From Octopus vulgaris (taxonomy: Eukaryota): a stretch of 64,000 nt of DNA. This document shows positions 37,975 to 53,118 of this stretch, one piece after another. The notes beneath the pieces were generated by a model. The model was not told where the DNA came from and did not search any database. It saw only the letters and a program-made list of their open reading frames with translations. Location: NCBI GenBank assembly GCA_951406725.2, contig OX597825.1:31434001-31498000 (forward strand), in the 5' to 3' direction. Positions within the stretch are counted from its first letter, which is position 1. Every line of letters begins with the position of its first letter. The position numbers and the translations under genes were made by a program.

Positions 37975-39363
37975 TCGTATCTACCGGGGGTTTGTACTGT
38001 CTGTCAAGTCACAATATATACCACAGACAGACAATATTTACACAATATGGCTTCAGTTCCAAGTAATGCCGATGTTTGCAATACACCTAGATCGTAGGGT
38101 ATTTATAAAGTTTCCCGGTGTTTCTTCAGGAAGGGTGGTATTGAACCCAATGCTCCGATGAAAATAGGGATAGCTTTATGTTTGACTCTTGTAGCTGCCA
38201 CAACTTGGAGATCTCAATTCCCAGTCTTTTCTCTGTCTTTCATGATGATATGTTGATCTCATGGCACTATGACATCAATTATTAAAAACTCTTCTTTGTC
38301 CCTCCTAAAGGTTACTATTTCTGCTCTTCAGTGTTCTAATACCTTATCTATCTGGAAGTCAAAGTCCCACAGGATTTTTGGTTCCCCTTTTCGTCCACTA
38401 CCTTTTCGGGTGTATGTTGGTACCAAGCACCCATAACCTCATATCCATACTTACAGCATAACATCCTGTGGAGGTTTAGGGCTATTCTGTCGTGTTTACG
38501 CTTCTACTCTTTCTGTGCAAAACTTTCACAAGCACTAACAATATGAATCACGCTTTCGACGCTCTTCCCACACATTCTACAGAGGTCCGTTGCACATGTG
38601 TAGTAAATATTCTTTTTCACTGAGTTGGTATTCAATGCCTGGTCCTAGGCAGCGATGATTTGTCTTTTAGTTTTCTTTTTTAGGTCACCCTTTCTGAGTT
38701 ACCTCCATGATGCTTCCTGGTCTTTTAATTTTGTTAGTTTCACGGTAGAACTGACCATGTAATTCTATGCGGAGTAGGGCTTTTTGTCTCTCATTGCCTG
38801 TTCTTGATCGGAATTCATGAGCACTCAGAAATCCATTTTTTAAAATCCTTCTGCATTAGCAGCATACTATAGCAGGTCTTGTTTGCTATTTACCAAATAT
38901 TCTGCCATATTTTCGTCTTTCATTGTTGATGCACTCCCGTACGCTAATCAGTCCACGGCCACCTTTACACCTTTTCATATAAAGCCCGCGTACGTTCGCC
39001 TTCGCATGGAGGGCACTATAAATTGTCATTGCCTTTCGGATAGTGAGATCGAGTTGTTTTATCTCCACTTGTGTCTATTTCATGATGAGTGCACTGTAGC
39101 GGACTACAGCAACCGCCCATATGTTGATGGCAGTCATATTGATTTCAAGAGTTTAAGGCGCTTGTCTTTCATTGTTTTATGCAAGATATGGTCCGGCTCC
39201 AGGATCCCAAGGTACTTGTACCTATCATCATCAGGGTCTTCCATTCTCTCTCCGTTTGGTAATTCTATGCCCCTACAATTTACTCTTTTCCCCCGCTTCG
39301 AAATAAGCACCACACACTTCAAGATACTGATTTCCATCCCTATATTACTTCGAATCCATCCCT
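37975..39363 (-). mobile_element. R4/Dong-clade LINE fragment (RT thumb to RLE), frameshifted
   Basis: NIGMEISILKCVVLISKRGK…GIELPNG…YKYLGILE; LHAKANVRGLYMKRCKGGRGLISV; ILWDFDFQ. Confidence 0.85.
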
Positions 39364-39412
39364 ATAACACTTCGAATCAGTTAAGATGAGAAGCCATGAG
39401 AACCACTGTCTG
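39364..39412 (-). mobile_element. Family D 5' head fused to the Dong fragment
   Basis: ataacacttcgaatcagttaagatgagaagccatgagaaccactgtctg matches the D termini at 34969-35017 and 54844-54892. Confidence 0.85.
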
Positions 39413-39420
39413 AATTATTA

Positions 39421-39490
<70 letters not shown>

Positions 39491-40693
39491 CATCATCATC
39501 ATCATCATCATCATCATCGTCATCATCACCATCATCAATATCATCATCATCATCATCATTATTATTAATAGCAACACAAGCAGTATTAATACCCAAAAGG
39601 TAATCTTAATCTCCAACTTGTGGTGGATTTTATGTTGGAACACAGAATACTGCATTTTTTCACCTTAAAGACTTATGGTGCACATAAGCACTTGAAATTA
39701 TATTATTGACAGATAAAAACCGTCTGCTATGGCCGCCGGAACTGCCAGATCACGCGATTTCATTCTGCCTTAGGTTCCTCAGTGACAGATGTCCAGCTGC
39801 GCGATAATAACAAAATCTCCCGTCAACGATTTTATAGAATCTCAGGGTCTATTCAAGCACCAGTGTCGCAATAAATATTTTTTTAAATAAGCTTAATAAG
39901 CCCACTGGCTATTTGCGATACCAATGTCATACGTAAGTTGTACTTTATTTTATCGACCCTGGAAGGATAAAAGGCAAAGCCTGATCTTTGGTGTAATTTG
40001 AACTTAGTATGTCAGGAGCCGGAAGAAATTACGCGAGGTATTTTGGCTAACGCTTCAACGAATCTACTGGCTCGCTGTCTTAAGCCGGAACAATAATAAT
40101 GATAATTATCAGATTAGATTTCACGATCTGTGAACAAGTAATCCAACACCACTTGGCAAGTTCATGATGGATTCATATAAAAGATATCCTGTAAAGATTT
40201 ATGTCAGAGCGTGTGTCTGTACATAAGTATATTTGTGTATGCGTGAGAGAGTGTGTGCAAAATCTCTGTCTCCTCATGTTTAGAAAATGTATATTTTGAA
40301 GGAAGGGAGACATGTTTTAAAAAATACATCTAAAACAATAAGAGAAAAAAAACAGGTACGAAGAAAGAAAATCGTGAGAAAATGATTCATTCCGGAAATC
40401 ACTGACACTGAAAAGAAAGCACCCCAACGATCTCATTGGCTTAGAAACAAACCTGTCATTGGTTGATATAACACAGTTTTCTAGGAGCCATATGCATCTT
40501 AACATGAGTTGTAAATTAACAAATAACCAAATAAATAATGAAATGAATAGCCAAATAAATAAATGTATAAATAAATAATTAAATAAATAAAGCAAGGAGA
40601 TGAAAATTAACATTGTTTAAATTTCAAATAATTTAATTGTTTCGTAATTTCGTAGATATTTTACTTCGACGCACACAAGTATATTCAGAAAAA

Positions 40694-40703
40694 CAGCTGC
40701 TGC

Positions 40704-40737
<34 letters not shown>

Positions 40738-40806
40738 GCTACTGCTGCTACTGCTGCTGCTGCTACTGCTGCTACTGCTGCTGCTGCTGCTGCTTGTTGT
40801 TGTTGT
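40694..40806. repeat. Interrupted (CTG/CAG)n trinucleotide repeat
   Basis: About 33 ctg/cta units followed by (ttg)n. Confidence 0.95.
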
Positions 40807-40915
40807 AGATTAGCGCTAGATTAGTTTGATCTAAGGCGTTTCTAACCCGGTCAATCTCATGAAGTTAGCTTGTATATTTCGAATTTGTTATTTTAATAAA
40901 CTTTACATTCCATAC

Positions 40916-41200
40916 GTGAGAACGCATGGCCTGGTGGTTAGGGTATTGCACTCACATTCGTGAGATTATGGTTTCAATTTCTGGAACGGGCAATGCGTTG
41001 TGCCCTTGAGCGAAACACTTCATCTCACGTTGATCTGAGATCACTTCGACGCCTGACGTTGCCTGAACAGGTGCACGGTACACCTATACATGCAACGTCG
41101 ATTTGATACAGGGAGTGAGCTAATCCTTTGTGCAGCTTGTTCAGCAAGAAATTGCAGAACTGTCGTTCTCGGACTACGAGAGACAACCCTCATCATATGT
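40916..41200 (+). mobile_element. SINE family B-related, diverged
   Basis: tggcctggtggttagg…ggtttcaattt head. Confidence 0.6.
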
Positions 41201-42394
41201 AATACGCAATGAAATTCCTAGTATGGGTCTTTCCATGGCCCTTTCAGTCGCAGCCATTTTATGTTTTTCTCACATCGCAGTGCTACTTGCATATAAGATC
41301 GCCAGTAGGATGATGCTATTGAAAAGACTGACATGTACCAGGGCTGAGATGATTCGAGAAGTGAACGGTTTTTATTTGGGTTTTGGGGGCGAAGGATTTG
41401 ATATATTGTAGACATTGAAGCACTTGACTGGCACTTAATTCTATCGGCTCCAGAAAGAGGAATTACCACTACCAATTAAGCTTAGTACGATTCGAACTCA
41501 GAACGTTAGGAGGTATAAGTAAATAACTACAGTACATTTTATATAGTGCTATAATGGTTCTTTCGAATTCCGCATTGCCCAGGCTCATCCTTAAACAGAA
41601 CTATAATCGAAGACGTTCAAGAGATAAGCATTAAATCTTCAGTTTTTCTGGTGCAATATATTGAAGATTTTATAAATTAATGTTTCATTTTTTGAGATGG
41701 TAAGGTATAATTTGGGGGAGAATTGAAGACAGATTTCTAAATGGGCGAGGGATGCCTTAGCGGTTCGCTCATTGGCTCTTTCGGTGGAGGCTCTTCTGCT
41801 GATTCATCTTTTCATATGTTAGCAAATAACAAGTTGTTTTAAAATACTATAACACTTTAGAGCGAGAAGTATATCTTATCATCGAATTGGCTCAAGTATG
41901 CTATCAGTATTTCATCAAAGCCAAACAAAAGCTGAGAAACAGATTATTCTCGGTAGGTCTAACACTAACAAAAGGAAGAAACTAAATACCATGAAAAAAA
42001 AACTTATCCAGACACTACTATTTCAGCCAATCAACCGACAGCATACCATGAAAAATATATGATTTCTCATAATGGAGCCTAATACAGTTGATTGCTCTGA
42101 CCTCGTTAAATGAATGAATACAGGAAGCTTGACTAACAAGTTCGATACTTGACTAACAAAATTAGTCTGGATAAGATTTTATGTCCGAGTGTAAAAGAAG
42201 GATGAAAAAATATATTTCAAGATATTTAATAGCCAGTATGCACTTTCTTGTTTAAAAAAATAGGTCCTGTATGATATTTGTGGGAAATTTTGCAGAGATG
42301 AAGCCATAACGGTTTGGTCCTCTCTTAGGGTTACCGCTAGACATTTTGTTCGCCAATCCCACTCTTCAGCTAATTTACCACCCAGTTACAACAA

Positions 42395-42937
42395 TCTTTT
42401 CTGCTATAGGTACAAGGTCTGAAATTTGGATGGGGCAGGAGCTTGTCGATTACATCGACTGCGGTGTGGAAGTGATACTTATTTTATCGACCCCCGAAAG
42501 GATGAGAGGCAAAGACGACCCCGGCAGAATTTGAACTCGGAACGTAAAGCTGGAAAAAATGCTGCTTAGCATTTTGTCCGACACGTTTACGATTTTGCCA
42601 GCTCGCCACCTCTCTCTGTAGTAATAATCCTTACTATTATAGGCACAAGGACTGAAATTTGCGGGGAGGGGCTAGGTCGATTACATCGATCCAGGTATGT
42701 AACTGGTACTTATTTAATCGACCCCGAAAGGATGAAAGGCAAAGTCGAACTCTGCGGAATTTGAACTCAGAAGGTAGCGGCGGATGAAATACCTATTTCT
42801 TCACTACCCACAAGGGGCTAAACACAGAAAGGACAAACAAGAACAGACAAACGGATTAAGTCGATTATATCGACCCCAGTGCGTAACTGGTACTTGTTTA
42901 ATCGACCCCGAAAGGATGAAAGGCAAAGTCGACCTCG

Positions 42938-42938
<1 letters not shown>
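42395..42938 (-). mobile_element. Three stacked SINE family C copies
   Basis: Repeated atcgaccccgaaaggatgaaaggcaaagtcgac. Confidence 0.85.
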
Positions 42939-43010
<72 letters not shown>

Positions 43011-43337
43011 AGAGTTGAGCGAATCAATAAGTAAGCGAATATTAGCAAGTGATTCCATATACTCCTCTCTTCTATTTGTCTGGTGCTTTTATTGTATCGA
43101 TCTTAGAATTATAAAAGTCGAAGTCAACTTTGTTAAGATCCGAACTTATAATATACAGATTTGGGACTAAATGGAGCAAGGCTTCTCCACCGCCCACATA
43201 AAAAAAAACAGCACATGTCCCATTTACAACTTCATGAAAAACATGCTTCCTCAAAAATAAACCAATATATTTATTATGCTTTTCATTTGTATTTTGTGTC
43301 CTTATATATTTATATATACGCGGGCGTGCATATGAGT

Positions 43338-43433
<96 letters not shown>

Positions 43434-43709
43434 ATATATATGTATATATGTATGCATGTGTGTACATGTATATTTATACGTATTTGTATATATACACACA
43501 CACACGTATATATATACTTGTATACATGTATATATGTGTATGTGAGTGTGTGCGGGCGGATATATGTGTGTGTGTGTATATTTAAAATTAAGGATAAAAT
43601 CTTTATAAGAAATTATCAGTAGTTAGCGTGAAAAATCTCATAAGAGAAAAAATGTGTAATTTTTTTTCAACTTTGAAAATACTTATTTATATTATATAGA
43701 GGGTGTGTA

Positions 43710-43752
<43 letters not shown>

Positions 43753-43880
43753 CCACATACATATACATGTGCGTGTGAATATATATATATATATATACAC
43801 CCACATGCATATACATGTGTGTGTGTATATATATAGATAGATAGATACATACATACATACATACATAGGTAGATAGATAA

Positions 43881-43964
<84 letters not shown>

Positions 43965-45402
43965 GTTCATGCTTATGCATCAAAGATTTCGTTTTTAATT
44001 CAAAATATATCTATACACCATCTTGGGAATTGAAGCATTTCTGTAACACGATTTTGAAACAACTCCTTGTTTTTATTTATGACAAGTGAAAAACAGAAAA
44101 TACATTAGCAATTAATTTAATATCCACTTTGACAAACATCACTTAAATCTGAAACGATATATTTTAAGATAGCTCATGACATCGGGCAAATGCTTTCGTT
44201 CGGGAAATATAACATGGAATATATCAAAATGATTTTTCTTGAGCATGACAAAAAAAAACAAGCAAACAAACGGATGAATCACCGGCGTAAAGATGGTCTT
44301 GATGAGAGTAGTTTAAACTGCTTTACGCAATTAATTTGTCAAAGTTTTAACGTGAAATATGTCTGTTTAAGCTACTTGCATCGCTTAGCAGAATACCATT
44401 TTTTTTTTTAATCAATACACGAGTGATTGACTTTATAGATAGCGATGTCTCTTTTGTAGAAATATATTTAACTGAGGCTTAATAAATGTTTCAAATATTG
44501 GCACAAGATGACAACAGACTGGGTGTGTTGTTTGTCGACCCTAGGAAGAATGAAATATAGAAGTCAACATTTACTTGATTTCGACACGAAACGTTAAAAA
44601 AAAATGCATAGCAAATTACCTGAAAGCATAATATGTGACACTCTTCTACATCAATTATTCATCGTTGTTATCTAAAGATCTTTACAGATTTTTAACACTG
44701 GCAGAATATCACTGCAACAGATACCAGTAGATAACTGGTATTTACTTTGAGGTCCTTGGGAAGGATGAAAAGGAAAATTGGCCTCAGCAGGATTGGAAAT
44801 AAGAACGCGAAGGGTCATATTTAGATGAAGGGTCATAGCCATAATGCATTTAATCGAGATGGTTAATTGGTTGTATCGTTAGAGCGCCAGGCAAACGTCA
44901 TGTGGTAATTCGTTCTCTGCGCTCTGAGTTCAAATAACGCCGAGGTCAACTTTGCCTTTAATCCTTTCAAGATCGATAACATAAAATAGCAATGGATTAG
45001 TAGACTGGTAGAATTATTAGGGCGTTGGAGAAGGATACATTGTGATGTTTGTTCTGGCTCTTTATGTTATGAGTTATGAGTTATGAGTGACAGTCCTGAC
45101 TTAATTCGTCGCCGTGTTTAATATTACCAATTGGTCCATGGAGTACCCTTCGCAGGGTTCACTCAGTTGCAAGCAATCAGGTCTCCGCTTTGAAGATAAC
45201 TTCTTCCCTTTATCTTACCGATGTTGCCCACCCTACCGCAAATAACTCTCTGACTAAAACGGCAAAAACTAAATAAATCCAACATATAATCGTATCTGTA
45301 ACGAAACACTTTCACCTAAAGATTTATGTTGATTAGCTAAAGCACAAATTTTTAGTCTATGAGTTAATATTTATACCTTTAGCACATGGCTGTAAATATA
45401 TA

Positions 45403-46020
45403 TTTCTTTACTACCCACAAGGGGCTAAACGCAGAGGGGACAAACGAGGACAGACAAACGGATTAAGTCGATTATATCGACCCCAGTGCGTAACTGGTAC
45501 TTAATTTATCGACCCCGAAAGGATGAAAGGCAAAGTCGACCACGGCGGAATTTGAACCCAGAACGTAACGGCAGACGAAATACGGCTACGCATTTCGCCC
45601 GGCGGGCTAACGTTTCTGCCAGCTCGCCGCCTTGAATGGCTGTAAATATAGTCGCTGTAAATATAGTCGCTCCAATATGACTGGTTTTTGTTTTATTGAG
45701 CCCGCCCAAAACACAAATTAAAAGCAAAGAATGAGATAAAGAAGAAGCTAAACCGAACTAGATATGTTTATTATAATTCATAGAAAAGAAGTCCAAATGA
45801 ATATTCTTTTCTACTCTAGGAACAAGGCCCGAAAGTTTGGGAGAGGGGGCCAGTCAATTAGATCGGCCCCAGTATGCAACTGGTACTTAATTTATCGACC
45901 CCGAAAAAATGAAAGGTGAAGTCGACCTCGGTGAAATTTGAACTCAGAATGTAAAGACGGACGAAATACTGCTAAGCATTTCACCTGGCGTGCTAACATT
46001 TCTGCCAGTTCGTCGCCTTA
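45403..46020 (-). mobile_element. Two SINE family C copies (45403-45632, 45805-46020)
   Basis: Full-length matches to the family consensus seen elsewhere in the window. Confidence 0.9.
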
Positions 46021-46100
46021 AAGTTTAAATGAATATTGAAATGGTAAAGAGATTAAGTGAACATTAGATGAGTATATAATCCTTGCATTTACCACTTTTA

Positions 46101-46420
46101 TGGAGGCACATGGCCTAGTGGTTAGAGTGGAGGCACATGACCTAGTGGTTAAAGCAGCGAACTCACGGTCGAGGGATCGTGGGTTCGAATCTTAGACCGG
46201 GCGATGTGTGTATTTATGAGTGAAACACCTAAGCTCCACGGCAGAAGGTAATGGCGAACTTCTGCTGACTCTTTCGCCACAACTTTCTCTCACTCTTTCC
46301 TCCTGCATCTTGCAGCTCACCTGCGACGAACCGGCGTGCCGTCCAGGTGGGGAACCTATACGCCAAGGAAACCGGGAAACCAGACCTTATGAGCCAGGCA
46401 TGGTTCGAGAAGGAACAAAC
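46101..46420 (+). mobile_element. SINE family B with 27-bp duplicated 5' head
   Basis: tggaggcacatggcctagtggttagag repeated at 46101 and 46128; B box ggttcgaatc. Confidence 0.85.
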
Positions 46421-47104
46421 AATTTACCATTTGCCATTTCATAGCACCAATCGAAATATTAACTCTTGACACTGTATTTCATCAGAAATACACTGATTTT
46501 GTTTCAATTAATTTTGAAAATAAGGAACAAATTTGTAATATATATATTTGTCATGATTAAGGCAGTGTTTGAAACATAAATTAGCATAGAATTTTAATTA
46601 GACTTTAATTTAGATTACTTTAATACAGAAATATATCAGAGAACCAAGAGCACTTTCAGGTGGGTTGGTATAAATAGGGTAATACCAAGAATTATAGCCA
46701 ATAATTTGCTTCAAATATTACATTAAACATTTTGCTTCATGTGTTCAATCGAAAACTGATTCTAGAATGCAGTTGTTTGTTTACTATATTTTATTTTATT
46801 TTAATTTTTATTTATGTTTTTCAATAAGCTGAAATGTTTTAAAGCAGTTAAAAACCATCATGATTTATATGCAAAATGAGTATAAATAACCGAAGCCACT
46901 CCCCAAAGAAGCTTCATCTCTGTTGCTTATACGACAAATACTATTCCTGGCTAAGATATTGTCATTGATGATAATTATGACGATTTGGGGTGATGGCGAT
47001 GATGGGAATAAAAAATAAAACAGGCTTTTCATGTTCCTTTCTATGTTCCTTTCCATGTACCCCAGGAGTGTGTGTGTGTGTGTGTGTGTGAGTGTGAGAG
47101 TGAG

Positions 47105-47158
<54 letters not shown>

Positions 47159-47436
47159 TGTGAGAGTGAGTAGGTGTGTGTGTGTGTAGTGATTGCTCTA
47201 TCTTCACAAATGGTTGCCTCTCCTTGTGCTTCTTATTTGTCAATGGTGTTTCTGACTTTCCATCCATGACTTCTCATGATTAGTCAGTCCTGCCGCAGAT
47301 CTGCTTGATTTCAAATATGGGTGACAAACGAAAGTTGTGACTTACTCTGCGCTTCCAGCGTCACCACTCTTCTGTTGCCATCAGACTTTCAGTCAATGCA
47401 ATGACAGACGAGATTACCATAAAGTGACATTTGAAC

Positions 47437-47533
47437 ATCACTGGATTATAGTGATTAATTCTTATGTAACATTAGTGTCACTCTCGTAGTGGCACTCGTG
47501 TAATACAAGCATTTAACACTATAATCCAATGAT
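47437..47533. repeat. ~97-bp imperfect palindrome
   Basis: atcactggattatagtg…agtgtcact pairs with agtggcact…cactataatccaatgat. Confidence 0.8.
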
Positions 47534-47613
47534 TATAGTAATCCAATGATTATATCATATTGAATCCAGACGACCAGCAATCACATGAAACCGTAGATTA
47601 TAATACATTAGAT

Positions 47614-48096
47614 CAATGGTTCTCAAACTTCCAAAACATTTTACGTGCTGGTCCCCTTACATTTTTTTCGAGGATTCGTAGTCCCCTATAAAATGCTGGA
47701 TAATCAACATGGAAAAAAATGACATACATTGGTGTGCCGTAATTTCCGGACTATGAACTGCACTGCCCATAGACCCATAACCCCAAAAACCACAATAAAT
47801 ACACGTGAAAATATAGAGATTCAGTTATATCAATTGATTACAAAACAAATAAAAAACGAAAAATACCGACAGCTATTTTCTTTCGGCTAATCACATTTGT
47901 TGTACAAGTGTAATTAGCAAATGAGTGCATAGGAGTGGTGTGGGTTTGTTTTTGTTTGTTTCGAGGCCAACGACAAAAATAGATGATAGGAAGCGAAAAA
48001 TTGAAAGTCGTAAAATTTTTAAACTGTCTAAAGCCAGCCCGTTTTCACGATGCTTCAGTGTCCCTTCTGCAGTGGTCCCCAGTTTGAGAACCACTG
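47614..48096. mobile_element. hAT (Charlie/MER5-type) MITE
   Basis: TIRs caatggttctcaaact / agtttgagaaccactg; decayed 8-bp TSD cattagat / cagtagag with central TA. Confidence 0.8.
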
Positions 48097-48464
48097 CAGT
48101 AGAGTGTTCTTCTCCTAGAAGGATGCCGTGGCAACAGCTAGGAATCTCTCACTCCAGATTACAAGTTCAGGTTTATACCTGTAATTATTGAGGCACTAGG
48201 ATATGTAACATGCTACCTAAACACCAGTCTTGAGAAATTAGGCTTCTCAAAACCAGAATTTCGAATCAGCTTTCTCCTTTGTAGCAGAAAGGAGTAAGAC
48301 TACAGACCCAAGCCATCAGTGGAACGATAAAAATCTGTAAAACTTTCCAGAAAGTTATCATTTTATGTCCAGATATGCAAGTATATGCATGAGAAGACAT
48401 ACATAGAATAAAACATACAGATCTGTACGTATACATACATACATACATACATACATACATACAT

Positions 48465-48499
<35 letters not shown>

Positions 48500-48557
48500 T
48501 ACATACATACACATACATACATACATACATACATACATACATACATACATACATACA

Positions 48558-48591
<34 letters not shown>

Positions 48592-49205
48592 CATACATAC
48601 ATACAAAAATACCCTGTTGATGTTGTTGAAATTCCAGTGAAGGAACTTTGGATCTAGGTTAGAAATCTATTCTTTCTCTATTGGCGAGAAATCTGGAAAT
48701 AAAACAATGGCATACACAGAGCAGGCATGGTTGTGTGGTTACGAAGGCTACTTCCCAACTATACGGTTTCAAGTTCCGTCTCATTGTAAGTCACTTTAGT
48801 CAAGTGTCTTCTACAGCACCGAGTCACACTTTTAGTAGATAGAAACTGTACGGAATCCCGTCCTGTATATATATGTGTATATGTTTGTGCGTCTGTGTCT
48901 TTGCGTTAGGGTTTATTTCACACTGATTCACAACTAAACTCTTTAAGGTGATGCCCTAGTATGGCCGCAGTCCATACGTAAGAGAATATCAAAAAAAGTA
49001 GCAGCATATTCATTCTATCCATGGGGAATCCTTTGAAAATCAGAACAATCTGTATTTGAAACGGCAAAAAAAACTCCTTATATATGTGTATGTGAGTTTG
49101 TGTGTGTGTATGCGTAGGTGTGTTTGTACGTATATATATGTATATATATATGTGTGTGTGTGTGTGTATGTATATATATATATATATGTATGTATATATA
49201 TATAT

Positions 49206-49269
<64 letters not shown>

Positions 49270-51572
49270 ATATGTATGCATATATATATGTATATATACA
49301 TAGATGTATGTGTATATATATACATATATATGCATATATATGTATATATGTGTATGTATGTGCATAACATATATATATGCTTTTATTTGTACATATATAT
49401 ACAAATACACACACACATATTGATATAATTATAGTAATACGAAACCATTTAAAGCTTGCGAATTGATTGGCTGACACCTGATTTACAAACACACACACAC
49501 ACACTAAGAACACTCTCAAAGCTTTGTATGACAGCCATATTTGAATTATATCTATTAACGATTCACGCTTCCCTACGAGAAGCCTCCATTACTTTTGTCA
49601 TGTTTCTATGCGGTGTATAACCTCCCACTCTATTTCAATCACTTCTGTTTACTCAGTTGAAGCAAGAGCTTCAAATCATTACTGCAATGCTGAAATCGAT
49701 ATCTCAGTGTAGTCATCAAACAATACGATAATAAAGTTATTTCTTTCCATAAATGAATATTAAAAACCAAACAGAATATGACCACTATCACAACATTTCT
49801 CTTTTAAGCTAAGAAATACCGTTTTTCTATGCTCCATCACACTATTTCTTCTTAGTCATTAACTTCATATTTTAAGGTAAAAATAAAATTTATCTTCATA
49901 ATCATTTATTACGAAGTATTCATTCTCTAGATTAAATCTGCTCACAAGCAAAATAACTCTTAGCTAATACTAACATCTGACGAACTTTCAAAGTTGAACA
50001 TTTGCATATTCTGAGTATGATCAGTAGAATTTAAGTTGATTTTCCTGTAAGGTGATGTAAGTGACAGAAATGACAGATGCCTTATATTATGGGCTTTATT
50101 CCACAAGAATCTGAGCTGGAGTCGCGTCAGTGATAGCTAAACCTTTCATAACCCAGAAGTACTTAATACAAATGCCATTTAATTTTTAATGCGTGCTTCC
50201 TCCCTTCTAAATTTTAGCCAACTTAAATTTCAGATTTATCTCCCCTTGCCTTCCTTAAATAATATTATTATTAACGTTAGTAACGTTTTTTTTTGTGACA
50301 GTTTTAATGACAATTGATTAAAAATTATTTTTGGTTCACTACATTAACTATGTAAGCTGTTACCTAACTATACGTTCTTTATGCAAGAGAAACCTTGAGA
50401 AATTCTCTTGTGTCATTATTTTAAACTATAATAGAGAACCGCCTCTTATACATGTCGCTCTATGATCTGGTAATTACGAGGGAGTCTAATAGACTGATGC
50501 ATGTCCAGAGTTGTCGCTGACTTACCAAAAATCGGATTGACGTTCCGACGATACAACTTCATTTTATTGTTTAATTAAATAATTAATTATTATAATTTTA
50601 CTATATAATTTGAATATTGGACTTCATTCACATGCTTTCCATCAAATACTTGTCATTAATGTAAACAACTTTCTTTTTATTACAGGTTTCATTTACACCT
50701 ATTAAAAATTATTTTTCGTATTCAATATTATGTATGATAACCAGCACTTACCAATAAATTTTTGGTTAATTTTATAAGATAGGTAACAGTCTGGCAATGA
50801 GGCAGATACCATTGACTACATATAATTATATTTTCTAAGGTGTTAGGATAGGAGAAATATCGATTTAATATTTAACACTTCTGGTGTCAATAAAACATAC
50901 CGTGATAAATTTAACTCAATGATTCTAGAATCTGGAATGTTATCAGGTGCTCATAGATGTCTATTAATCGGGCAATGTAACCGGTGTTTCGTGAACTGTG
51001 ATTTGCGATAAAATCTAAAAACATCACTAGCAGAGCTAAGATGCACCATTGTGATGGAAACGTCCTGCACGCCTTTGTTCCGTATCAGAGAATTACTGAT
51101 TTTATGGAGTTGTTTGAAACAGCCACTGACCTATGTAGGGCGGATCCAATTATCATCCGAGCCCTCATGATAACCACCTTGATGCCTTCTTTCACTGAGA
51201 TGGGCAGGCAGTTTTCTTCTATTTAATGATTATTATGAAAGAGGTTGTACAGTGGATAATGCTGACAGGACCGAGAACATACACTTTCCTCAATGGTCAA
51301 TCGCTTGCCAAATTCTTCAATTTCTACTCGGAAAGAGTAAAGATAAGACAACTGCGTTTAAGTAAATTTGTTGAAGAGTATACGAGAGTTAAGAGAATAA
51401 CCCGAATAAATGGGCTTAGACTAAAAATGTACTTGTAGACAGTTAGGAATAGAGCACTTTTCCTCGGAAGGTAATCTTGGATCTTTGAGTTCTATGAAAA
51501 GCTAAGTGGAGAAATCTGTTGAACGATTCTGTTTTATATATTGTTGTTTATCGTGCCTATTTTCTCAAACCT

Positions 51573-51658
<86 letters not shown>

Positions 51659-51692
51659 CAGATAGATAGACAGGTAGATAGACAGACAAGAT

Positions 51693-51758
<66 letters not shown>

Positions 51759-52203
51759 TAGATAGATAGATAGATAGATAGACATATAGATCAATAAACA
51801 ATATAAACAAAAAATACTCATGCAAAATCTTTAACTGAAATTTCACGCTGGTTTAACACAGTGTTGTATAGAAACCTTATATTTCTAAATTATTTATCAG
51901 TTAGCAATGAAAACTGAGAAGGTTAAAATAGATATTCTTAGAAATTTCACAAACTAAAGTTTATTTTTAGACTTCTGCCCAGATCTTTTTACAATTGCAT
52001 TGCCATAGTTTACCAAAGATGTGTGCTAAGACACTAATACCGAACATGAAACTTCCACAAGGAAAACAATCAATCCATGAAGTCACCTGAATAACAATTC
52101 CCATTTGTTATGTTCGGTTTTTATTCTGAGAATTGTTTGAGGTTATTTAATATGCGTTGAATGTAAATACGTATACATGTATGTATGTATGTATATACGT
52201 TTG

Positions 52204-52235
<32 letters not shown>

Positions 52236-52261
52236 TGTATGTATGTGTGTATGTATGTATT

Positions 52262-52293
<32 letters not shown>

Positions 52294-52775
52294 TGTATGT
52301 ATGTATGTATGTATGTATGTATGTATGTATGTATGTATGTATGTATGTATGTATGTGTGTGTATGTATGTATGTATGTATGTATGTATGTATGTATGTAT
52401 GTATGTTTGTATGTAGGAACAAATATATCAATTTGTGAATGCATGCACGTATGTATATGAATATACGTACCTTTCTCTTTCCCTTCCTAGCGCTCTCTCT
52501 TTCTCTCTCTTCCCTTCTCTCTTTCTCTCTCTCTCTCTCTCGATTTATACATACGTTATATTTCTTATGTATATGTCCATATGTGTGTGTGTGTGTGTGC
52601 ATATATACGTAATCAGTAGCGCCGGCAGAGTGTTCTTTCAAATGCAGCCACTGTATGTGTGACTAACACCCCCGCGTGGGCCCCTGCAGCAACAGTAGAC
52701 GCTACACCACCATCAACAGATGACACAGTTTCTCCGGGCGCAGATCCATGGTCACACGAGACCGACGGATGCCTA

Positions 52776-52857
<82 letters not shown>

Positions 52858-52865
52858 AACATATG

Positions 52866-52896
<31 letters not shown>

Positions 52897-53118
52897 TTCG
52901 TTTTGGGATTTGGTTTGCAAGATTCTTTATATGAGTTCGTGTGTTGAAGCACATTCTGTTGTGTCTTGCAACCTTTTCAATAGTCAAGACTATTGAAAAG
53001 GTTGCAAAACGCAACGAAAACTTTAGGAAAATAAAAAGACGAAATGAGTGGAAATGTTACCGGTGAGTGTGTTAAATAATAAGGTACTAAAAGAGAATGA
53101 CTCTCCCCAGACACAACA

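Noticed and set aside
40694-40806. Poly-Q coding exon
   Set aside because: The CAG frame is interrupted by TAG codons; no flanking ORF or splice sites.
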